Positions 12,001-24,000 of a stretch of 64,000 bases of DNA are shown here, piece after piece. The notes beneath the pieces were generated by a model. That model did no database searches. It worked only from the letters and a program-made list of their open reading frames with translations, and was not told the DNA's origin. The stretch comes from Macrostomum lignano (lineage: Eukaryota). The stretch covers positions 4,228-68,227 of the forward strand of contig NIVC01003390.1 of assembly GCA_002269645.1 (NCBI GenBank), read 5' to 3'. Every line of letters starts with the position of its first letter. The stretch's first letter is position 1. Made by a program: the position numbers and the translations under genes.

Positions 12001-15000
12001 CCGCGACCCTCCCCAGCCGCAGGCGCACCTACCGATATTAGATCCCAATAAATCAATCAGATCCCAAATCAATCAGATCCCAAATCAATCAGATCCCAAG
12101 CGCACCCTCCCGAGCCGCAGGCGCCCATGCAGCAGGCGCCCATGCCGCAGGCACCCCGAGTGTACACTCTCCCGATATGTGTGTACACCGATATGTAGTC
12201 ATCGATACGGGCCTCTTCCCCTCTCTCACCTACATCTCAACTAGCGAAATCGAACCCAGGTCGCGCCCATACTAGGACACTACACGGTTGTGGGGTATAG
12301 GGAGCGAGAAGTTTCAACCCTAACGCTGACGCAGCCCTGTACAGTGAGAGTGTACGGGCAGAGAGGGGTGGGGCGGACAGAGAACCAGCCACTAGGTTGT
12401 TATACTGTTGAAGCATAGGGAGCGAGAAGTTTTAACCCCGATGCTGACGCAGCCCTGTACACTGAGCGTGTACGGGCAGAGGGTGGGTGGAAAGAGATGT
12501 GAATAACACAGCCTGCTGCAGGAGCCGGATAGAGAGGCGCATGCTAGGACAGAGAGGTAGTGTGAGTCACACACACCCCACAGAGAAAGCCATACAGAGG
12601 ATAGAGAGCTCCCTCCCCAGTTGCAGGGGACAGAGAGGCAGGCAGGGTATGCAGGGGCATGCGAACCGTCAAGGGGCCACGCGAGGATAGAGTGGAGGAG
12701 CAGAGATGTGTTTGGACAGAGAGCCAGCCACGTGTGCGTAGTGTGAGGGAACAGAAACATATGGAGCAGGAGGGAGATAGGAAGCAAACGCGCAGGGTAA
12801 GGGAGCCATGCAGCAGGGAGCAGTGTACAGTGAGACACGGGCAGGGGTGGAGCCGTGCGTGGACAGAGCTGAACGGCACGGTCAGCTGCAGGAATAGGAT
12901 GATAGAGAGGCGCGGAGGGGGACAGAGAGCAGTGTGCAGGGTAGGCAGCCACGCAGGCTGGGGAACAGAGAGGCGCGTGTCAGCCAGTTACAGCCCGGGA
13001 CAGAGAAGTATGAAGGGGGGCCTGGGACAGAGAAGTATGAAGGGGGGCCTGGGACAGAGTTGCGAGCAAGGCACAGAGAGAGGTAGGGTCCGGTAGCTAT
13101 GTATAGGCAGGGACCCACGCGAGGGCAGGACAGGGCATGCAAGGCATGCAAATTACATGCAAGGGCAGTGAGGTGTGCGCGGAGGGAGACAGAGAGCAGT
13201 GTGTAGGGGTAGGTAACAGCAAACTTTAGTAGAGGCGCGTGCGGGGACGGAGAAACCAGTCTGAGCGTACAGAGACGTTACAGAGAGGTACACAAACAGA
13301 GACCAAAGCGGGCAGAGCACGTGTAGGGACAGAGACGTGAGGGAGAATAGACCAAAACACGCTATGTATTTTCAAAAGTTGGTTTTAGTGCAGCATATTT
13401 AATAGCGGGTAGTATAATAGTATGTACATAGTAGGTATAATGGTAGTAATAATAGTAAGTATATTAGCCCAAAAGGTAGGCTAAAACAGGCTAAACTGTG
13501 TGTACGCATCCTCATCACCCCACAAGCCCCCTCTCCCGCCAGACTCACTCTTCCATACCCTCCTGTATTGCTGTATGAAGGAAAATATAGTGTAAAAATA
13601 CAGATCTTAACCGTCAGACCGCTGAAATCAGGGCACACTAGAGGGGTTTCGGGGTCTGCATGCTCTATGTAAGCTGTTTCAATTATGTTTTGAAAAAACT
13701 AGGGGCTTAAATACAACGTTTTATTCAAAAAGTAGGTTATTTTAATGAAATAGCTGACACAATCATTGTCGAGAGTAGAAATTTTTATAAGAAACCAGGC
13801 ATTTTAGCAAAAATAAACCTTCAAACCACATAAAATTGAATAAAAAGCAGACATTTTCAATTATAAACCGCAAGTATTTTAATAGAAAAGTAAGCAAACA
13901 AGGCACAAAACCAGCAAATTTTACCTTTTTATTTTAATGTTACTGATAAGGTAGAGAGTAGAAACTTGTGAGCTGTACGGAGTTAGAAAGTATTAACCAT
14001 TATGTATCGTATGAATTATTAGTTCAGTACCAGCCATTGGTCAAGCGAGCATTTATGAAGTTATTACGAGTGATGAAGGGATAGAGAGCTATATACAGGA
14101 AGACAGTATCCTTCTAAACCACCACGAACAGATTGCTAATAGAGATAAGCTTTGTCTGTGTGCAGTATGAGTAAGCGAAGGCGGGGCAAATACTTTTCCA
14201 CATGCCGGACAGAACAGTATTGTGCTAGGATTTCTCTCGAAATCGCGGTACGTTACTAGTTTTTATCACACCATCCAGATGCGTCAACTAGTCAGCAGTA
14301 GTCATTTATATGTTATTAGAACTTACAAACCCAGGTCAAGTAAATATTACAAAGAGTATATTACGTACACACGCCAACTCCGAATACCAAGCCATACTAG
14401 TCTACTTGCAGTGCTCCTGGAGGGAAGGGACGGCGGGGTGTACACCCGGCAGGGTGGGCGTCCAGCGAGTGTACATCTGACAGGATGGGTGTTCAGCAAG
14501 TGTACATCTGACAGGGTGGGCGTTCAGCAAGTGTACCTTCAGCGTCGAGTAGGTGTACACCCGTCAGTGGGGAACTCCACCCCTCCCACCAATGTCGTGT
14601 GCATGCGGTTAGTCAGTATAGTGGTGGGGTAGACGGTGCAGGAAGGAAACCCAGATGCTGACGCTGCCCTGTACAGCGAGCAACCAGCCCCCTGTAGCAG
14701 GAGGGGGACAGAGAGTGCGTGGAGGCAGTAGGAGATAGAGGACGCTACCCGGCATGTCGCAGCACGCGGCGCGGGACAGAGGCAGTGTGTAAGTCACCCC
14801 CGCGGAGAGAGCTCCCCTGGCAGGAGGCGCGGGACAGAGAGGCGGTGAATCACACCCCACGGAGAGAGCCGTACAACGAGCTTCCCCACCCGAGTCCGGT
14901 AAATATTACAGAGTATTACGTGCACACACCAGCCCTGAATACCAAGCCATACTAGTCTATCTGCAGTGCTCCCAGAGGGAAGGGATGGTCAGGAGTTACA

Positions 15001-18000
15001 CACCAAGAATGCATTCATACAAAGAGTACACAACTCGAGCCCAGACACCAAGTCACAGTCTACTTACAGTAGAGATGGTAGATTAATAGCAAGATTATAT
15101 TACAATTAGACCTCTCTAGCACATGAGGAGTGAAATTCAATAATAATTGAATTCAATAATAATACAACATTTAGACGTAGTAATTTAATTACAAAATACC
15201 ACTAACACTGAGCCAACGAATTGTAGGTTACAAAGGAGTTGCCACTCATATGGAAAGCCAGTATAATGCAGGTGTGTATTATTAAAACATAGACAAAAAC
15301 GATGCAGACGTATATACACACTATTGATTTTGTACATGTACATTTCGGCATATTACCACACATCGCGGGCACATATTATATATCGGGGGATAGGTTAAAA
15401 TACACACATCGTAGATGTAGAAGCAGACACAATGCAGGAAAATTATGATACGAGTGTACATATTAGTGCGTAAAAGTATCATATTATGACACCCTGTAGC
15501 ACATATTGACATAATGCAGGGGAAAATATTGACAGAAATAGTACACAATTGTAGAGGTAACAACCAGCCAACTAGTAAGGGCATCCAGCACTTGTTCAGG
15601 TTTTTTTTATTTCGAGACGAGTGTCATGCCCCGCAAGAGATCTTATCAGAAATTTGTTGAACTCCACTGCAACTCTCCCCAGAGCCTCCAAATGGAGTTT
15701 TAACACTTGAGGGGATCCCGCTCAATGTACAGTGCGGACGGAGAGGGGTAACAGAAAGCGCTGCATCAGACCGCGGAGCTGCATTCCTCCCCCGAGGTAG
15801 GCGCGTCAGCTCCCACTCCTCATTTAACCATCAAGTAAACTAAAGAAGTCAAGCAGAAAGCCTTACAATCACCCGCAACCAGCACAAGTAAGAGTACTTT
15901 CCACTAGAGAGCCATAGTGCAAGATTCGCGAGCCAAGTTGAAGAAGCACACCAAATTACACTAAAGACATATGTATTAAAAAGCATACCGGCACCTCTAC
16001 AAAAACACAGTATGTACCGATTAAAGTTGCTTTTGGTGCAGTGTATTTAATAAAAAGCAGGTACCTAACACAAAAGTAGGCATCAATGCAGTGCACGGGC
16101 TAAACTGTATTTACAAACGCAGGGCAACGAACTACACACAATGTAGCGCATAGACATAATTGTACACATAAATGTACGCAATCTCCGGTATATAGGACCA
16201 AATGTACGCAAATGTACACAATGCACACAAACACACACACACTCAGGCGCATCCTGCAGCGCATCCTGCAGCACCGATCGCCGCAGGCGATGGCGCCATC
16301 GGCAGGAAGCTCTTGCTGTGAATACGCCTGAGTGTGTGTGTGTTTGTGTACATTGTGTACATTTGCGTACATTTGGTCCTATATACCGGAAATTGCGTAC
16401 ATTTATGTGTACAATTATGTCTATGCGCTACATTGTGTGTAGTTCGTTGCCCTGCGTTTGTAAATACAGTTTAGCCCGTGCACTGCATTGATGCCTACTT
16501 TTGTGTTAGGTACCTGCTTTTTATTAAATACACTGCACCAAAAGCAACTTTAATCGGTACATACTGTGTTTTTGTAGAGGTGCCGGTATGCTTTTTAATA
16601 CATATGTCTTTAGTGTAATTTGGTGTGCTTCTTCAACTTGGCTCGCGAATCTTGCACTATGGCTCTCTAGTGGAAAGTACTCTTACTTGTGCTGGTTGCG
16701 GGTGATTGTAAGGCTTTCTGCTTGACTTCTTTAGTTTACTTGATGGTTAAATGAGGAGTGGGAGCTGACGCGCCTACCTCGGGGAGGAATGCAGCTCCGC
16801 GGTCTGATGCAGCGCTTTCTGTTACCCCTCTCCGTCCGCACTGTACATTGAGCGGGATCCCCTCAAGTGTTAAAACTCCCATTTGGAGGCTCTGGGGAGA
16901 GTTGCAGTGGAGTTCAACAAATTTCTGATAAGATCTCTTGCGGGGCATGACACTCGTCTCGAAATAAAAAAAACCTGAACAAGTGCTGGATGCCCTTACT
17001 AGTTGGCTGGTTGTTACCTCTACAATTGTGTACTATTTCTGTCAATATTTTCCCCTGCATTATGTCAATATGTGCTACAGGGTGTCATAATATGATACTT
17101 TTACGCACTAATATGTACACTCGTATCATAATTTTCCTGCATTGTGTCTGCTTCTACATCTACGATGTGTGTATTTTAACCTATCCCCCGATATATAATA
17201 TGTGCCCGCGATGTGTGGTAATATGCCGAAATGTACATGTACAAAATCAATAGTGTGTATATACGTCTGCATCGTTTTTGTCTATGTTTTAATAATACAC
17301 ACCTGCATTATACTGGCTTTCCATATGAGTGGCAACTCCTTTGTAACCTACAATTCGTTGGCTCAGTGTTAGTGGTATTTTGTAATTAAATTACTACGTC
17401 TAAATGTTGTATTATTATTGAATTCAATTATTATTGAATTTCACTCCTCATGTGCTAGAGAGGTCTAATTGTAATATAATCTTGCTATTAATCTACCATC
17501 TCTACTGTAAGTAGACTGTGACTTGGTGTCTGGGCTCGAGTTGTGTACTCTTTGTATGAATGCATTCTTGGTGTGTAACTCCTGACCATCCCTTCCCTCT
17601 GGGAGCACTGCAGATAGACTAGTATGGCTTGGTATTCAGGGCTGGTGTGTGCACGTAATACTCTGTAATATTTACCGGACTCGGGTGGGGAAGCTCGTTG
17701 TACGGCTCTCTCCGTGGGGTGTGATTCACCGCCTCTCTGTCCCGCGCCTCCTGCCAGGGGAGCTCTCTCCGCGGGGTGACTTACACACTGCCTCTGTCCC
17801 GCGCCGCGTGCTGCGACATGCCGGGTAGCGTCCTCTATCTCCTACTGCCTCCACGCACTCTCTGTCCCCCTCCTGCTACAGGGGGCTGGTTGCTCGCTGT
17901 ACAGGGCAGCGTCAGCATCTGGGTTTCCTTCCTGCACCGTCTACCCCACCACTATACTGACTAACCGCATGCACACGACATTGGTGGGAGGGGTGGAGTT

Positions 18001-21000
18001 CCCCACTGACGGGTGTACACCTACTCGACGCTGAAGGTACACTTGCTGAACGCCCACCCTGTCAGATGTACACTTGCTGAACACCCATCCTGTCAGATGT
18101 ACACTCGCTGGACGCCCACCCTGCCGGGTGTACACCCCGCCGTCCCTTCCCTCCAGGAGCACTGCAAGTAGACTAGTATGGCTTGGTATTCGGAGTTGGC
18201 GTGTGTACGTAATATACTCTTTGTAATATTTACTTGACCTGGGTTTGTAAGTTCTAATAACATATAAATGACTACTGCTGACTAGTTGACGCATCTGGAT
18301 GGTGTGATAAAAACTAGTAACGTACCGCGATTTCGAGAGAAATCCTAGCACAATACTGTTCTGTCCGGCATGTGGAAAAGTATTTGCCCCGCCTTCGCTT
18401 ACTCATACTGCACACAGACAAAGCTTATCTCTATTAGCAATCTGTTCGTGGTGGTTTAGAAGGATACTGTCTTCCTGTATATAGCTCTCTATCCCTTCAT
18501 CACTCGTAATAACTTCATAAATGCTCGCTTGACCAATGGCTGGTACTGAACTAATAATTCATACGATACATAATGGTTAATACTTTCTAACTCCGTACAG
18601 CTCACAAGTTTCTACTCTCTACCTTATCAGTAACATTAAAATAAAAAGGTAAAATTTGCTGGTTTTGTGCCTTGTTTGCTTACTTTTCTATTAAAATACT
18701 TGCGGTTTATAATTGAAAATGTCTGCTTTTTATTCAATTTTATGTGGTTTGAAGGTTTATTTTTGCTAAAATGCCTGGTTTCTTATAAAAATTTCTACTC
18801 TCGACAATGATTGTGTCAGCTATTTCATTAAAATAACCTACTTTTTGAATAAAACGTTGTATTTAAGCCCCTAGTTTTTTCAAAACATAATTGAAACAGC
18901 TTACATAGAGCATGCAGACCCCGAAACCCCTCTAGTGTGCCCTGATTTCAGCGGTCTGACGGTTAAGATCTGTATTTTTACACTATATTTTCCTTCATAC
19001 AGCAATACAGGAGGGTATGGAAGAGTGAGTCTGGCGGGAGAGGGGGCTTGTGGGGTGATGAGGATGCGTACACACAGTTTAGCCTGTTTTAGCCTACCTT
19101 TTGGGCTAATATACTTACTATTATTACTACCATTATACCTACTATGTACATACTATTATACTACCCGCTATTAAATATGCTGCACTAAAACCAACTTTTG
19201 AAAATACATAGCGTGTTTTGGTCTATTCTCCCTCACGTCTCTGTCCCTACACGTGCTCTGCCCGCTTTGGTCTCTGTTTGTGTACCTCTCTGTAACGTCT
19301 CTGTACGCTCAGACTGGTTTCTCCGTCCCCGCACGCGCCTCTACTAAAGTTTGCTGTTACCTACCCCTACACACTGCTCTCTGTCTCCCTCCGCGCACAC
19401 CTCACTGCCCTTGCATGTAATTTGCATGCCTTGCATGCCCTGTCCTGCCCTCGCGTGGGTCCCTGCCTATACATAGCTACCGGACCCTACCTCTCTCTGT
19501 GCCTTGCTCGCAACTCTGTCCCAGGCCCCCTTCATACTTCTCTGTCCCAGGCCCCCCTTCATACTTCTCTGTCCCGGGCTGTAACTGGCTGACACGCGCC
19601 TCTCTGTTCCCCAGCCTGCGTGGCTGCCTACCCTGCACACTGCTCTCTGTCCCCCTCCGCGCCTCTCTATCATCCTATTCCTGCAGCTGACCGTGCCGTT
19701 CAGCTCTGTCCACGCACGGCTCCACCCCTGCCCGTGTCTCACTGTACACTGCTCCCTGCTGCATGGCTCCCTTACCCTGCGCGTTTGCTTCCTATCTCCC
19801 TCCTGCTCCATATGTTTCTGTTCCCTCACACTACGCACACGTGGCTGGCTCTCTGTCCAAACACATCTCTGCTCCTCCACTCTATCCTCGCGTGGCCCCT
19901 TGACGGTTCGCATGCCCCTGCATACCCTGCCTGCCTCTCTGTCCCCTGCAACTGGGGAGGGAGCTCTCTATCCTCTGTATGGCTTTCTCTGTGGGGTGTG
20001 TGTGACTCACACTACCTCTCTGTCCTAGCATGCGCCTCTCTATCCGGCTCCTGCAGCAGGCTGTGTTATTCACATCTCTTTCCACCCACCCTCTGCCCGT
20101 ACACGCTCAGTGTACAGGGCTGCGTCAGCATCGGGGTTAAAACTTCTCGCTCCCTATGCTTCAACAGTATAACAACCTAGTGGCTGGTTCTCTGTCCGCC
20201 CCACCCCTCTCTGCCCGTACACTCTCACTGTACAGGGCTGCGTCAGCGTTAGGGTTGAAACTTCTCGCTCCCTATACCCCACAACCGTGTAGTGTCCTAG
20301 TATGGGCGCGACCTGGGTTCGATTTCGCTAGTTGAGATGTAGGTGAGAGAGGGGAAGAGGCCCGTATCGATGACTACATATCGGTGTACACACATATCGG
20401 GAGAGTGTACACTCGGGGTGCCTGCGGCATGGGCGCCTGCTGCATGGGCGCCTGCGGCTCGGGAGGGTGCGCTTGGGATCTGATTGATTTGGGATCTGAT
20501 TGATTTGGGATCTGATTGATTTATTGGGATCTAATATCGGTAGGTGCGCCTGCGGCTGGGGAGGGTCGCGGGTTCGAGTCGCCGATATCGATACGGGTAT
20601 CGATCACCTAGTGATCGGGGCGCCAGCCAATGAGAGGCGAGGAGGGTTGACACCCACCTCACCTCCAAAATCGCGCCATTCGGAATCCCTTAGTAGTCTC
20701 ATCTCCAGCTTCCAGTGTCCTAGTCCCTACTAGTGCTCGAATCCCACAGCCTCATCTCCTGCTTTCAGTGTCCTAGGCCCTACTAGTGCTCGAATCCCAC
20801 AGCCTCATCTCCAGCTTCCAGTGTCCTAGGCCCTACTAGTGCTCGAATCCCACAGCCTCATCTCCTGCTTTCAGTGTCCTAGGCCCTACTAGTGCTCGAA
20901 TCCCACAGCCTCATCTCCAGCTTCCAGTGTCCTAGTCCCTACTAGTGCTCGAATCCCACAGCCTCATCTCCTGCTTCCAGTGTCCTAAGCCCTACTAGTG

Positions 21001-24000
21001 CTCGAATCCCACAGCCTCATCTCCAGCTTCCAGTGTCCTAAGCTCTACTAGTGCTCGAATCCCACAGCCTCATCTCCTGCTTTCAGTGTCCTAGGCTCTA
21101 CTAGTGCTCGAATCCCACAGCCTCATCTCCAGCTTCCAGTGTCCTAGGCTCTACTAGTGCTCGAATCCCACAGCCTCATCTCCAGCTTCCAGTGTCCTAA
21201 GCCCTACTAGTGCTCGAATCCCACAGCCTCATCTCCTGCTTCCAGTGTCCTAAGCCCTACTAGTGCTCGAATCCCACAGCCTCATCTCCAGCTTCCAGTG
21301 TCCTAAGCCCTACTAGTGCTCGAATCCCACAGCCTCATCTCCAGCTTCCAGTGTCCTAGTCCCTACTAGTGCTCGAATCCCACAGCCTCATCTCCAGCTT
21401 CCAGTGTCCTAAGCCCTACTAGTGCTCGAATCCCACAGCCTCATCTCCAGCTTCCAGTGTCCTAAGCCCTACTAGTGCTCGAATTCCAGTCCAGGTTTCA
21501 CTTTTTGGCTCGAATTTCCGCAGGAACGGCGCCAGTCAATCCGCACTCCAGCCGCGCTGTCCTGCGCCTGCTGCCCAACTGGCACCCAGGCGGCGCTCCT
21601 CGCGCCGGATCGGCGGCCCGTCAGCCGCTCGCGCTGGAAGCGACGCTGAAAGTCCAGTCGCTGTCCGACAGCCAATCAAGTTCGCCCGGTAAGCGCTGAC
21701 AGCTTCCTGACTGCTCTGGGACTGAATCTGTAGGTTAATTAGTTTGCATTTTCAAACTGATCAGGCTTATCTCGGCGCTACCTGGTCTGCTTGATGAAGC
21801 TGTCGCCTCCGCAGCAGCGGCAGCAGCAGCAGCAACAGCAGATGTCCTTGCCGATCCAGTCGTCCCAGCCGCCTCCAACTACCAGGGCTTCACTGTCTAT
21901 CTCGGGTTCCAGGAGTCAGCCGCAGCCGCCGCCTCAGCCGCATTCTCTTTCCGATTATATTTCCTGCCAGCACTCCTGCTCGGGCAGCAATGAGGTGCTG
22001 CAGGCCGTGTGCAGGTGAGGGGCCGGCCAGCTGATGTTCCAGTGTTCCTGGCAGACAGAAACTGACAGAAAATGGGAGACACTATGGCAGACCATGGGAG
22101 ACACTATGGCAGACCATGGGAGACACTATGGCAGACAATGGGGGACACTATGGCAGACAATGGGAGACACTTGAAGACAATTTGAAACACTTGCAGACAA
22201 TAGGAGACACTATGGCAGACAATGGGGGACACTATGGCAGACAATAGGAGACAATGGGAGACACTATGGCAGACAATAGAAGACACTATGACAGACAATA
22301 GGAGACAATGGGAGACACTATGACAGACAATGGAAGACACTGAAAGACAATGGGAGACACTATGGCATACAATGGGAGACACTATGGCAGACAATAGGAG
22401 ACACTATGGCAGACAATAGGAGACAATGGGAGACACTATGACAGACAATGGAAGACACTGAAAGACAATGGGAGACACTATGGCATACAATGGGAGACAC
22501 TATGGCAGACAATGGGAGACACTATGGCAGACAATAGGAGACACTATGGCAGACAATAGGAGACACTATGGCAGACAATGGGAGACACTATGGCAGACAA
22601 TAGGAGACACTATGGCAGACAATAGGAGACACTATAGCAGACAATAGGAGACACTATGGCAGACAATAAGAGACACTATGGCAGACAATAGGAGACACTA
22701 TGGCAGAAACTCTCAGATAACTAGACTGAAACTGACAGACAAACCGACAAGCAAGCATATAGACCTCAGACAGACACTGAGACACAGACGGGTAGACAGC
22801 TGCGGACACCAAGACTGTATCTGTGTGGCAATGCAAATATCAGCCTGCCAGTCTGTCATCCAATCCTTTCTGAGCAGCTCCGCCCTGGCCAGCAAGCTGT
22901 CTGTGAGATCGGATTTTTTCATTGGCCGGCGCTGGTGCAACCTGGTGCTCCCGGCCGACCGGACCATCTGGCAGCGCCACGTTGAGGATGTCGGTGAGTT
23001 CAGGGGGCCGACACGGTTGTAGTCTCGGGTTCTATGCTTGGCATGAACTATTAACACCCAGCTGCTCTTTCTCATTGAATCAGCCTGTCCGTTTCTTAGA
23101 TAAAAGTACGAGTTCTGGTTAAATTCCCACTACTCCAACCCGCCCCACTCGCAGTGTCGAGCCGCGATGCCTTGTCCAGCGGCATCTACCGCTGCCTGGT
23201 GACCGCGGCCGGTCAGATGGCCTTTGTAAAAAGTCGCAGCTACCTGACCGACCAGCAGTCTGGCCAGTTCACATCTACCCACTGCATTATCAGGTAGGCC
23301 ATAGCGACGATATGTAAACTTTAATATTGGTGGCACTTTCCAAGAAACAGGAGCTAACTGGTCGTTTGGAAGGGCCAGGACGGCGCTATACTACTACTGC
23401 TGCCACTACTGCTACTACTACTACTACTAAATACTAATACTACTACTACTAATGCTAATACTACTACTACTACTACTATTACTACTACTACTGGTACTAC
23501 TACTACTACTAATACTACTACTAATACTACTAAATACTAATACTACTACTACTACTACCACTACTACTACTACTACTACTACTAAGCTAGTTAAACAGTA
23601 GGATATGCTTTATTCGCGCAGATTCTGCGACTCGGAAGCGGATCTCAGCGGCGCTCCGTCCGCCAGTCTGCTGCGCCGGGTCGGCTCCGGCAGCGGCAGC
23701 AGCCCACCGGCGGCGTCGCTGCAGCAGCAGCCGCAGCCCCGCCCCTCTCTGGGGCCTCGCGAACGCCAGGAGCTGCTCAGCCTGGGTGCCCTGTACAAGA
23801 GCTGCGCCAAGCAGGACCCGGACCGGGCGGAGGCCCTGCGCAACCGCATGCTGGCTTTGTGGTCGGACTCTCAGCAGCAGCAGCAACCGCAGCCTCCCCA
23901 GGCTCAGCCGCAGACTCCGGCACCGGCGCTGTTCCTGTCGGCGCTGCCGCGTACGACGGACGCTTCATCATCGCTATCAACCCTGACAACCAGCGGCCAG

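Noticed and set aside
12392-13151. 111-186-aa ORFs in the palindrome arms (mirrored at 19467-20180) and the 87-aa Cys-rich ORF at 15321-15584
   Set aside because: Low-complexity products of purine/pyrimidine-skewed repeats, with no recognisable domains.
20291-20301. 11-bp match (AGTGTCCTAGT) between the element arm and the host minisatellite, as a possible targeting sequence
   Set aside because: A match this short is expected by chance with about 10 percent probability given the lengths compared, and it is not at the insertion point.
11875-20697. Palindrome as a long-read missed-adapter (fold-back chimera) artefact
   Set aside because: Such chimeras invert everything beyond the turn point. 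Here the flanking minisatellite keeps its orientation and phase, a 6-bp TSD is present, a unique 75-bp spacer exists and the host exons remain collinear. Raw-read confirmation is still needed.
11874-20698. CACTA/EnSpm element (left end can be read CACTACT)
   Set aside because: The right end would have to be TAGTG but is TAGTAGTC. Starting at 11875 gives perfect terminal complementarity and an exact 6-bp TSD, which does not fit the 2-3-bp TSD of CACTA elements.
9930-21490. CRISPR-like array
   Set aside because: Head-to-tail 53-bp units with no unique spacers, no cas genes and a eukaryotic intron context.
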